Part shown: one piece after another, positions 9,814 to 20,862 of the stretch
How the letters are laid out: the number at the start of each line of letters is the position of its first letter
Position numbering within the stretch: position 1 is the stretch's first letter
NCBI RefSeq assembly: GCF_001194135.2
Contig: NC_068982.1
Coordinates: 157,458,400-157,493,535, forward strand
DNA: 35,136 nucleotides
Reading direction: 5' to 3'
Source: Octopus bimaculoides
Taxonomy: Eukaryota
Position numbers and translations under genes: made by a program
Notes under the pieces: generated by a model
What the model was told of the DNA's origin: nothing
Seen by the model: only the letters and a program-made list of their open reading frames with translations
Databases searched by the model: none

Positions 9814-10330
9814 GTGTGTGGTGTTAGTCTTCTGGTGGTAGCTGCATCATGGTTGTAGTGGTTGCATTGATGGTGATGCGGATGTCTTTTGGTAGTTGTA
9901 TGTGTAATGACGGCGATACAACCGCCCATAGAGTTGGTGTTTATGAGTGTTTTTTACGTCTGTAGACATAGTTGTGATGGCGTTGGTGATGTGGTTGTAT
10001 AGTTGGAGCTGCAGTGGTAACGGTAGTCCTGCAGCGGTAACGGTAGTCCAGCAGTGGTAACGGTAGTCCAGCAGTGGTAACGGTAGTCCTGCAGCGGTAA
10101 CGGTAGTCCAGCAGTGGTAACGGTAGTCCAGCAGTGGTAACGGTAGTCCAGCAGTGGTAACGGTAGTCCTGCAGTGGTTGCAGCGGAGTATGGGTAGCAA
10201 TATGGTGGTAGTTGAGTTGATAGTAGTGGTGCTTGTATAAGTGGTGATGGTGTATGTGCTGGTAATTTTCTGGGTCGGTGCAGCCGCTGGTTTTTGATCG
10301 TTCGTGCCGCTGGTAATATTACTTGTATTT
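9270..10330. repeat. G/T-rich low-complexity triplet mosaic ((GGT)n,(GTT)n,(GAT)n,(GGC)n)
   Basis: Direct reading; this is the source of the poly-V/poly-W/poly-T ORFs. Confidence 0.9.
10011..10170. repeat. 20-bp minisatellite, 8 copies (GCAGYGGTAACGGTAGTCCW)
   Basis: Eight contiguous 20-mers; 10011-10070 is identical to 10071-10130. Confidence 0.97.
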
Positions 10331-10334
10331 AATT

Positions 10335-10692
10335 GTGGTAAAGAACATGGCTCAATGGTTAGAGCGTTGGGATCACATTCATGAAGTAGTTTTCCCATTG
10401 ATTTCCGGACCGAGCAGTGTGTTGTGTTCTTGAGCAAGACACTTTATTTCACGTTTCTCCAATTCACTCAGCTGTAGGATTAAGTTGCAGCATCACTGGT
10501 GCCAAACTGTTATCAGCCTTTGCCTTTCTTTTGGATAACATTGGTGACGTGGAGAGGGGAGGTTGGTGTGCATGGGTGACTGCTAGTCTTCCATAAACAA
10601 CATTGCTCAGAATTATATCTCAGAGGGTAACTTTCTAGGTGCAATCCCATGGTTATTCATGACCGAAGGGAGCCTTCACCTTTTACCCTTTA
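10335..10692 (+). mobile_element. tRNA-derived SINE (family D)
   Basis: Perfect A-box TGGCTCAATGG (10348-10358), decayed B-box region, core-like GTGTTCTTGAGCAAGACACTTT (about 10424-10445), and a 3' end with short TTTACCC repeats. Confidence 0.7.
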
Positions 10693-11044
10693 CTCAAGAG
10701 CTGTTATTGATTGTGGTGATGGTGGTAAGTGAATGATGTAGTTTATTGATGTTACTGATGTTGCTGGTGGTTCAATTTTCCATGAAGGGTTGTTTTATAC
10801 CTTCAGTTCAACTTTGAACCTGAAGACCTGATATCACAGACAAATCAGGCACGATCATCATATAAAGGAAACTCAGAATCATGTTATTCGAAAAGTTTAT
10901 TTCTAAGTCCGTCGAGTATAATTTAAGATCAAATGGTTGCAATTTCTTGTAACTTAGGGAACTTCGTAATCGTGATAATGGTGTTTGTGTACATGTACGG
11001 TGAGTGTGCGTATACAATGAAGGCTGTGGCAATTTTATTATGCC

Positions 11045-11200
11045 ACAGATGACAAAATCGTTACATCATTGAAGAAAGTGCTTTACGATATATGCTGCGA
11101 CTCTTTACGTTCTGTCTCCAAATGCGACCAAGAACAACTTTAACGTCCATCCTTCAGACGAAATGTACAGCAGTATCCGGTTCGGTTTTGTGATTCAAAT
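11045..11200 (+). mobile_element. Highly decayed SINE family B copy
   Basis: CTCTTTACGTTCTG and ACTTT...TCCATCCTTC resemble the 27454-27666 copy. Confidence 0.4.
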
Positions 11201-11406
11201 AAATAGATTCAAATAAAAATCAATAAATAAATTCAAATATCACTTCCTCTCACTTGTAAGAAACAGTTTCTTCAAGAATCTTCAAAAGTTGAAGAAATCG
11301 GTAGAGCACCTGCATGAAAACGTCCAAGAAGCACTCTTTTTACCAGCAGCACACCAGTTGGCAGTTTACATCAATTCAAAGCCTGTGAATTATCTTTCTT
11401 TCCAAC

Positions 11407-11409
<3 letters not shown>

Positions 11410-11486
<77 letters not shown>

Positions 11487-11555
11487 ACACATACACACAC
11501 ACGCACGCACGTACGCACACGCAAAACACACACACACATACATACCCACACGCAC
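11410..11555. repeat. (CA)n microsatellite
   Basis: Direct reading. Confidence 0.95.
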
Positions 11556-11691
11556 ATAGACGGCACTCACGTCTCATATAATGAAATAATGCGATTTTAT
11601 TCACGCTGGTTGAGGGTGACTGAAACGATAGATGGAGAGATGGTTTAATGTCAGTCGGAGACGTTTAAAATGAGGGAAAGTGAAATATATA

Positions 11692-11928
11692 TAGGGTGGC
11701 CCCAAACTAGGTTTACAGTTATCACGTAGGTACTTTAGGTTTCTTTTAAAATATTTTATTACATTTAAATTTCTATCTTACAAACTGAAAAGGGAGCTCG
11801 GCAAAATTAACTAAATTAGCATAGAATAATGGTTTCAATTTTTTTTTTATAATTAAGATCTAAACTGTTAATATATGAATGCGAAAGAGATACTTGAATA
11901 ACTGTAAGCTTACTTTTCGGCCACCCTG
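11692..11928. mobile_element. Tc1/mariner-type MITE (237 bp)
   Basis: 29-bp TIRs TAGGGTGGCCCCAAACTAGGTTTACAGTT and reverse complement CAGGGTGGCCGAAAAGTAAGCTTACAGTT, each flanked by TA (11690-11691, 11929-11930). AT-rich noncoding interior. Confidence 0.85.
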
Positions 11929-12524
11929 TATAATAACAGTGAGCCGAAGTGAAAGGTTTTGCAATAGTTCATAAATTATGCTTAAAATATATCACCACTT
12001 AATCTTATGGTTTACACTCAGACAAAAGAAGAAAAAGTATTGAAAGTAAAACGAACGGAGTAGATTTTAAATCACACTCGCACAAAAGCAACAGACTCTT
12101 ATACGACGATCAATGAGCCACTAAAACACCTTACATTAACTGTTGCTTTATCAAACACATTTTCTAAACAAGAGACAAGAAAGAACTAAATTTTAATCCC
12201 ATATATGTATATCTGTATGCATGCGTAGATGTGTGTCTGTAATACCTGGACGATATGTGTGGTTACACACAGACACACACAAGGTTTGTACGTGTGTGTG
12301 TGTGTGTGTGTGTTTGTACATACGTACCTGCGTTTCTATTCAAAGATTAGTTTGGAAAACTCCGTGGGCATAAGCGCACCATCACATTTACGAATTATAA
12401 ATATATTTGTCTGTGAAATAAATGTGGAAAATGTGTAAGTAATGAATATATTAATTGGTTCGTACGCTGATCCCAATGGACGCACAAAGCAGAAAATTGT
12501 TTAATATATAATTTCCTACGTACA

Positions 12525-12525
<1 letters not shown>

Positions 12526-12587
<62 letters not shown>

Positions 12588-12790
12588 TGTGTGTGTGTGT
12601 GTCTACGTTTTTACATAAGTGGCTGATATATACAGTATTATAAAAAAGGAAACGTAAATATTACATTTTATACACTCATGTAAACACACACACACACACG
12701 CACCCGCACATACACACACAAACACATGCAGACACACACACACACTCACACACACACACTCACACACACACACTCACATATATGCATACA
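12526..12790. repeat. (TA)n,(TG)n,(CA)n microsatellites
   Basis: Direct reading. Confidence 0.9.
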
Positions 12791-13139
12791 TAATTACTCT
12801 TGTTTTATCTCAGGTTATGTACAAAAAGAAAATAAATGTAAACGACAATTTTATATTAAACTGAAAGAAACCACAATACCATTTTTTCGGAGGGAAAACA
12901 TTTACTAATGAAAGCCAGCTAACCGAAACTCAGAAGTACTATAAAAACTTTTCATTCGGCCCATCGTCGACAAAATATCTATTTAAGTAAATATTTATAT
13001 TGATCGAAGACTCACAACCTATCGATTGTAAGCCCGGCGCTCTACTGCTCGTCCTCTAGAATTTCCTTCTACTTATTACTTTAGTACATTCCCGTATGTT
13101 GATTTTGGACGCTCTTTCTTTCGGTATCTATATCTTGGC

Positions 13140-13470
13140 TGTCATCACATAGATGGTTAGTTCTGAACTCCTAATGTCTTTGGCAATGACCTCCCTCCCT
13201 CATTTTTGTCTTCAATATTCTCTGCTACAAACTTAGTAAACAATCGTGTGTTTGTCGCTATAATCATCTCCATATGCATGTCAATGGGCATTCATACATA
13301 AGTGTAAATAGGAGGTGCTGGATCCATGTGTGAATGTACAGAGTTTGAAGTCGTCAACCATTTTGCCTCTTCATATGTATAGCTGTATAAAGGTGATTCA
13401 GATACTCAAAGTGTTGCGCTTGCGTTGCGCAATCGTTCGTCCTTAGAAAACATGAAGCTCAGGTACTTAT
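13140..13470 (-). pseudogene. Possible decayed RTE-clade LINE ORF C-terminal fragment
   Basis: Minus-strand peptides KYLSFMFSKD, LYSYTYE..KW, LYIHTWIQH and TKFVAENIEDKNEGGRS appear in the order expected for RTE motifs KYLG..I, LLYGCETW, ISW..H.TN and G..EGKR.RGRP. Weak, with several lesions. Confidence 0.4.
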
Positions 13471-13832
13471 GCAAATTTTTTTCAAAATTCTAAGCAACAC
13501 TTGGGCTTCTTTAGATTACAACGAAGCAAAGATTTTTACGTTGTGACGGACAGAATATTGCACACCGTGCCGACAATGAAACACCATGGTTAGTGTTATT
13601 CTGTGTAGAGTAAACAGAAGCGGTCACCATTCTCAAGTCTCCTACGTTGCGGTGGTCTTCATTTAAGTGACGTTGATATGTTAGATGTGGAGTTTTAGTT
13701 CCCCACACTTGTAGTATTTTTGCCATCGTGAGGAAAATTCGTCAACAAGAAAAACGACACGTGTTAATATAAGCGCAAAAAACACACAGATACACATACA
13801 CGAACACACACACATACATAAGTACATACATA

Positions 13833-14576
13833 GTGGTCTGATCAATAAGTATCCAGATTGTTGCAATAATAACGATGCTAAAGCATGTGTACTACGTTTT
13901 AACGTTCTAGCTTACATCCGCTGTTTGCAGGAATACTTGGAGGTAAAGTGTGTAACGTGTGATCGTCGCATTGACCATGACGGAGAAAGCTGAGCAGAGA
14001 AGCTGCATAAAAGTTTGCCAAAAGCTTGGCAATACCTCCTTAGAGGCCTACGCGAAGTTTCAAAAAACTGTCCATCGTTCTCGATACAATAAAGGAGCTC
14101 TCGTGCAACTGAAACCCCAGTGTCCTTTTGGTCAGTTGAAAGCAATTTTGATACAAACTTGGCAGACACGCGTCTCATACTCAAATCTTCAGGGATAATG
14201 GCCTGAACTAAGCCGTTAGTAATCTGCACATCCTCTGATAACTCACGGATGGTGATTTAACAATTTCCCCCACAGTTGAACGCATATCTGCGATGTTATC
14301 CGCAATTCTGCTGGTTGCGTGTCTCCCAGAAATTTCGTCAATATCGACACTTTTTCGACCATCTTGGAAACGTTTGAACCACTTGTTCACTTCTCTGCGA
14401 CGCGTACACTCTTCTCCATACACTTTCTGCAACTTTGCGTAGGGCTCTGAGCAGGTATCGCCATGACAAATTTTTCTGTCATGGTCAATGCGACAATCTG
14501 TGCCAAGCAGTTTTACTCTGCTGGCTTTACCTTCGTCACTATGGTAACATTCCGGATACTTATTCATCAGACCTCG
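13833..14576. mobile_element. Foldback mariner derivative made of two left (5') ends in inverted orientation
   Basis: TIRs GTGGTCTGATCAATAAGTATCCAGATTGTTGC and reverse complement CGAGGTCTGATGAATAAGTATCCGGAATGTTAC. Plus arm ATG 13977: MTEKAEQRSCIKVCQKLGNTSLEAYAKFQK. Minus arm ATG 14482: MTEK..GDTCSEPYAKLQKVYGEEC...VNKWFKRFQDGRKSV...SGRHATSR...QAIIPEDLSMRRVSAKFVSKLLSTDQKD...ENDGQFFET. Confidence 0.88.
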
Positions 14577-14879
14577 CATATGCATTCATACGTACGTAAT
14601 TGTGTGCGTGTGTGTGAAACAAAGGCATAAACAAGCAGTAATCAGGCATCAAATCAATCTAAATCATTGGTATATTACATATTGAACAGAAATACAAATA
14701 CATGTACAAATTATATATAGTAGAAAACCAGGAAGAGCCACTCCGGAATGTTAAAAGTTCATAATAGTTCAGATGCAGTGCCTATAGCCAGTCTCATATC
14801 CCTGAAATTAACGTTGAAGATTACGCACTGGTTCGACCTGAGCACTAATTGTATAAAGTTGTTATGTCATGTCGTACAT

Positions 14880-15030
14880 AAGTATATATGTATGTGTGCA
14901 TAAATATATATTTGTGTACATGTATATGTATAAATATATATATACGTGTGTGTGTGTATGTATGTGTGTGTATGTGTTTGAGTGTGTATGTGTGTGTGTC
15001 TCTGTGTGTGTGTGTGTGTGTGTGTGTATA
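14880..15030. repeat. (TA)/(TG)n compound microsatellite
   Basis: Direct reading. Confidence 0.9.
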
Positions 15031-15079
15031 GGATCAGCTAATTATGATTTTATTCAGCATATTTCCCTCTTAGATTCAC

Positions 15080-15225
15080 ACACTTATCGCTGCGGTTCTT
15101 CAGTTTTCTAAGCCCTGTAAAAGAACTCGGAAGGTTGGGCCTACAACCATGTCTTTCGCGATACACTTAAAGCCAGACACTGAGAACCATGCGTGTGGGA
15201 AGCAAACTAATCTCACAGTCATGCC
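15080..15225 (-). mobile_element. Decayed SINE family C head fragment
   Basis: AGAACCATGCGTGTGGGAAGCAAACT...CAGTCATGC matches 2593-2637 (AGAACCATGCGGTTGGAAAGCAAGCT...TAGTCACGC). Confidence 0.5.
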
Positions 15226-15366
15226 TAGAAGAATATAAAATGAATGTGGACGATTTGAGCTGAATAACTAAAATGGAAAACAAGTAGAACTTTAATTGAA
15301 AGATGTTGATTGAAAAGATCCACCAGTTATGGAATTTTGTTTTAATTGACGCCGCGTTCTATTAGA

Positions 15367-16240
15367 TACTAGCAAAAATATCCAGCGTTGCCTGGATTAA
15401 AGAAAATAATGAAATTCGAAAATGCCTTTTAGATCTCTAGCATGACACATGGATTATGCAGTTCTCAACAATAATTAACTGAGGTACAAACTATTAATGT
15501 CAATAACATATTTTGTCCAATGTTCTCACTGTTAAAATTGTTTTAAAAAAACAGGTAGTTCTTTGTCTTTGCAATCACCTTCAATTGTCAGTACTTATTT
15601 GAAACACATTGAACCTGAAAATGCATAAACCTGAGAAGAACCAGCCTGCAGGCACTCCTCTCCTCTTAAAAAGTACATCAACTCCATGCAAAATACATTT
15701 AAATGAGCATTCATTATAACGGCTTTCCCACATGCATTCTTTTCAAGTTATTTAGATGTTACACTCGCTTGCCCTAAGCCTTATTGCACGCAAATGGAGA
15801 AAACGTTCACTGCGTATATATCGATCGCTGTACGCCAGCGTCTAACAGCTTTGGCTTTTTAATGCACAAAAAATTAAAATAATTTTTTTTTTAGTGCCTC
15901 TGATTAAAATTTTCGAAAAACAAACCCTGCCACATTACTTGGAAAAAATAATCTTTATTGTGCTGGTTTTTCGTAAAACTTCGCGCATGGGAAAGGCAAC
16001 AAAATCGCCCCTCCCCACTTTGAATGGGATGTTCCTATCTTAAAATGTAATAATCGATTATCTTGGTAACCGTGGGAGTTGGAGGGCAATAAAAATCTCC
16101 TGAACATGAGCGGACCATGCTACCGCTCTGTGCTGAATTTCACGCGATTCCACTGCACTGTTCTCGAGTGAATCTGCCGACACTCAATCAATCAATCAAT
16201 CAAGCAAGCAATCAAGAACACTGCAATTTATAGTATAGAT
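15367..16240 (+). mobile_element. Non-autonomous Helitron/Helentron-like element (DINE-1/Lep1-like architecture)
   Basis: 5' TACTAGC followed by hairpin ATCCAG-CGTTGC-CTGGAT (15380-15397). 3' block AATTTCACGCGATTCC..., a (TCAA)n tetranucleotide tract (about 16186-16215) and terminal TTTATAGTATAGAT. No coding capacity seen. Confidence 0.55.
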
Positions 16241-16469
16241 AACGAAAGAGTTGTATGGGGGAGTAGTCTGAAAAGATTTAGACCAGAGAACTGAATCTCC
16301 TTGTTAGTGATGTAAAAGTATTAAAATATTATTTAAATTGTTCAAAACGAAAAATTAAAAAAAAAAAAAAAATGATAAGTAGAGTATATTAAGATCTATG
16401 AATATAAAAGAAAATAATGAATGAAATACAAAAGGGAGTGATAGAATATATACCAGAATAAAACTAAGC

Positions 16470-16557
16470 ACATTTGTTTCTATGAAAATCCTTCAGGGCG
16501 ACGCTTCAACATGGCTTCAGTCCCGTGACTGAAACAAGTAAATGAATTAAAGAATAA
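16470..16557 (+). mobile_element. 5'-truncated SINE family C tail
   Basis: CAGGGCGACGCTTCAACATGGCTTCAGTCCCGTGACTGAAACAAGTAAATGAATTAAAGAATA is the reverse-complement homologue of 2212-2275. Stem-loop TTCAGTC-CCGT-GACTGAA at 16516-16533. Confidence 0.75.
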
Positions 16558-16776
16558 ATTAATATGTATATACGTATGTATGTATGTATGTATGCATGTA
16601 TGTATGTGTACTTATGAATTTATGTAATCATGTATGTGTTTGTGTATATATGTGTGTATATACATTTATATATGTATATGTATGTGTATTGGTATATATG
16701 TGTATATATATATATGCATGTATGTATGTATGCGTGTACGTTTGTTTACTTATGTATAAATGACTGGTTATATAGA

Positions 16777-16816
<40 letters not shown>

Positions 16817-17329
16817 CGAAGTGCCGTACTATGTGTGTATGTCACATTAAGTTTCCAAAGTTGTCCTTTCACACTTTCTTTGATTTCTAAATTGATTACA
16901 CACTGAAATCTTTGACATATTTATTAATTAGTCTCTAATTACTCTACTCTGTAACTCGGTTAAAAGCCTGTCAGTGATGTGTACACCTGCAACTTTGCAA
17001 ACAGCCTTTGTCACAGATGATCGGCAGCTAAATGAACTGATGTTTAACTCGTACGAAACGAACTTGTTTTGTTGAAATAATTCATTACATGTAACTTGTC
17101 TGCAGTGTCATATCCATTGATGTGGTAACTGATTAGATTGTGTTATATATACTTGAACAAACAATGCCAATTAGATAAATAACAGAACTTCTCGTTCTTA
17201 AAAAAATCGATTTCAAATCACAGTAGCTCGCTCTCTATGTATGAGAATATGCAGTTGGTTTTATATTATTGATTGAGGTGTTTGCAAAGTCTTTAAAACT
17301 TTGAAAGAATTTGCTAGCGAGTTCGATTA

Positions 17330-17720
17330 GCATGAAAAAAGAGACATCACTTCGATCATCAAAACCCTTGCATCAGTAGTACGACTATGTTGAAGTGGTG
17401 AAAAACCTGTTCGTTTATTAGAGAGAGGTGCCAGTGCCAAATTCGGTTATGATCCATCTTGAAGCTTTTTGCCAAGTTCATGAGAGGTGCTGATACGAAA
17501 AGTGCAGGCAGGATATATTTATACGTCGACGCCTTCTCTGTCCAATCTTTCCAGATAGCTTCATTATGTAACACTTCTGGATAAGGCTGGCCTACCTTCC
17601 TTGTATACTTGAAGTGGGATGATGTCTTTCAAATTGACACAATCCTTCAAAATGTACGTGCTTTGAACAACCTATGCCCTATTGATGGATATTTGTTCGA
17701 ACGAACATGTACGATAGATA
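17330..17720 (-). pseudogene. Possible very decayed mariner transposase N-terminal (HTH) fragment
   Basis: Frameshifted minus-strand peptides ...NLKD...GRPA/PEVLHNEAI.../ISTSHEL/AKSFKMDHNRIWHWHL resemble the mariner pattern LED.PRSGRP...D.EAL...STRELA..L..DH.TI.RHL. Confidence 0.35.
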
Positions 17721-18192
17721 ACTTTGAATCATATTTATGATTCATGTAGCATTTGTATGCATGTTGCTCTTATTATTATCAAAGGAGATGCATAACATAC
17801 TGTAATATTCTGTTGTACTGTTCTTTACCGTCTGTATTTTATTTTCGGCATTTCTTTGTGTATTCATTGGTAAAGTTTTGTTTTACGTTTTGTTTCATAT
17901 TGTTCATTGTTTCCTTCAGTGTAATTCTTCTGAGGCAGGAGTGAGGGTGCCTCGAGAAAAGAAGAATTCATTTTTGTGATTTCGCATTAGATAATAGAAT
18001 AAAAAGGGATATAATTTTTAAAACAATCTTGTTGCGCAACCAAGACAAAAGGTAGACATTACCAAATGTTGAATAAAATCCCTACGTGAAATAAAATCCC
18101 AAAGTGAAAAGTATTTATGAATAACATTTGTAAAACATCAAGAAATACCGAAGCAGAATTTGAGAATGTCCGACCGGAGTTTCAGCAGCAAC

Positions 18193-18352
<160 letters not shown>

Positions 18353-18641
18353 TAATATTATCACGACCACAACAATGATGCTGACAACGATGACGGCGGC
18401 AACAACAAAAGTGGCTGCAGCAAAAACGATTACGATGCTAGAAGACACAATAGCTCTATCCTTTCCTTAGATAATATTATTGTTGTTATTAATTGAAGTC
18501 AACGGCTAAAGAGATAATGGCTATAATTCAGTTCTACTTCTCAATCATATATCACCGCGGGCAAAAGTAATGCAGTCTTGCTCAATGCCGTTGGCTGGAT
18601 TACGAAATTTATCTCCGCTGTCCAAGTATAAATATACATGC

Positions 18642-18681
<40 letters not shown>

Positions 18682-18691
18682 NNNNNNNNNN

Positions 18692-18725
<34 letters not shown>

Positions 18726-19397
18726 ACATACAATTATATCAAGACTTAGACTTATATACATACACACGCACACACACGCACACACATATATATAGAGAGA
18801 AAGGGATACATAATATATATATATATATATATATATACGTACATATATATGTGTATATGCACGAATGCATATGTGTATATATGTACACATGTATTAAACC
18901 TTAAGTGTCTGCAGCAATCTGTCGACCACTTGATATTACAAACCTAAGATCAAGATGATGATTCATCAATGTCCTTTACATTCGAATATAAGAAAATATT
19001 TAATAGTGTTAGGTCAATCATGTCAGTCAGTAAACCAGCCAACCAAACACACAGACACACACAATCACACGCACATACTACTACACACTCACAGAAATAC
19101 ATATATACATAAACACACACAAACAATGCTTGTGCGCACACAGACTTATACAGATATTCGTCACGAATCTTAACCAGAATATTTTATCTCAATGATATTC
19201 TTCATATCGTTGGTATAATCCAAACTGAATTATCTCCCCTCAACATCTTGGGATGTGTCTGACACATGTTGCTGTCAAAAGGTATAAATATATGTGATAA
19301 AAACGATAAATATAAACAAAACACATAACGGGACATAATATATTTCTTTGAGAGTTTAGCACCAGACAAGCTATTTTAAGTGAAAGACTTAAACGAT

Positions 19398-19558
19398 TAC
19401 AACCACTCCAGTACTTGACTGGTACTTTATTTTATCGACATCGAAATGATGAAAGGCAGAGCTTACTGTGGTAGAATTTGAATTCAAAATGTAAAGACCT
19501 GGCAAAAATGCCTCTCAAAATTTTGTCCGCTGCTCTAACGATTCTAATAACTTTACCA
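19398..19558 (-). mobile_element. SINE family B copy (decayed)
   Basis: CAGTACTTGACTGGTACTTTATTTTATCGAC...GATGAAAGGCAGAG...TAACGATTCT is the reverse-complement homologue of 27454-27600. Confidence 0.7.
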
Positions 19559-20327
19559 CAAAGCATTGTATTCGATACTTTAGCCACTCTACCAGTTCGA
19601 TGCTTCATACCATAAAACGCCAGGTTTTAAATACAAATATTTTCAAATGTTCGAATGTAATGCTACTGGTAGTGATTCAGCATAGCCACAACCTTTAAGC
19701 TGACACATAAAACCTTTAGGCTAAAACAAAAAAAAAATAAATAACCGTTGATTATAGTTTATCATATAAAAATTCCATAAAGAAAAACAAGCGAAACTAA
19801 TAGTGAACAATACAACACTGGAACCCATGCAACTGTTCTGCTCCTAACAATGGCTTTCTAGATTTTAACACTGCAAGAAGAGTATTGTGTATCAACGTTT
19901 GGTTACTACTAAAGACAACGCAAAAAATAACGATGGTATGAGCTAAAATCCATAAAAAATCAAGATGTCTTCCATACGGGCATTCCATTAGGAATCAACA
20001 AAAGCAAACAACGTTATCTTGTTTCAGACGTTTAGACAGGAAAATTATATACGCAAATAATAACCCATGTAATCATTATAACATGGAGAACACTCATATT
20101 CTTTGTGCAACAATCTATTTACTCATCTACCGTTTAGAATATATTTCGATGTGCGTCCACAGACAATTTAAGTCGCATGCATTTTACAAGTTGATTGTCT
20201 TCTGGTATTGTTATGTAAATCCTATGTATCAGTCGGAGTGAGCATATCTCAGTCAGTTATTTTTCGCCGAATTTCTGTCTAGCATTCAAGCTAAGTAATC
20301 TTATATATTTTCAATATAATAAACGAT

Positions 20328-20535
20328 TGTAAGGCGATTAGAGGGCAGAATCGTTTGCATGCTGAACGAAACAATTAGCGGCATTTCGTACCTCTTTATA
20401 TTCTGAATTGAAATTTCTCTTTTATTCTTTTGGATGTCAATAAAAAAAAAGTATCAGTTCAGCACCAGGATCGTTCTAATCGACGCACCCCTCTCCCGAA
20501 ACTACTGGTCTTCTACCAAAATTTGAAATAAACAT
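20328..20535 (+). mobile_element. SINE family B copy (decayed, internal deletion)
   Basis: AAGGCG...GGCAGAATCGTT...TTAGCGGCATTTCGT...CTCTTTATATTCTGAATTGAAATT...AAGTATCAGTTCAGCACCAGGATCG...TAATCGAC..CCCCTCTCCCGAAA. Confidence 0.7.
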
Positions 20536-20829
20536 ATTACATACTGCAAATCAATCAGCATCCAATTCGAAGTAGTTGTGTGACCATCAACGTTTGTAAT
20601 ATTTGCTTGATTTTGTCTCTGTTTTAGTTACCATATTTGCTTCATTCATTCCAATTCAACATTTGGTTGAGTATTAAAAATGTTGATTTTTATCAAAGAA
20701 GTTTTTCACTCTATACTATTCTTGCGTTGAGCATAACTTATTCGAAAATGTGTCCTTCAGTTCTCACCAACAGAAATTTATACATACATACATACATACG
20801 TACTTTTATACACAAAAACACACACACAC

Positions 20830-20862
<33 letters not shown>

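Noticed and set aside
10011-10170. CRISPR-like regular repeat
   Set aside because: Units are contiguous without unique spacers and the context is eukaryotic.
10335-10420. tRNA gene
   Set aside because: An A-box is present but there is no cloverleaf or intact B-box, and it continues into SINE body sequence; the same applies to the other SINE heads.
9847-10437. 196-aa ORF with 20-aa repeats (LPLPLLDYRYHCWTTVTAAG)
   Set aside because: Translation of the 20-bp minisatellite and SINE sequence; not gene-like.
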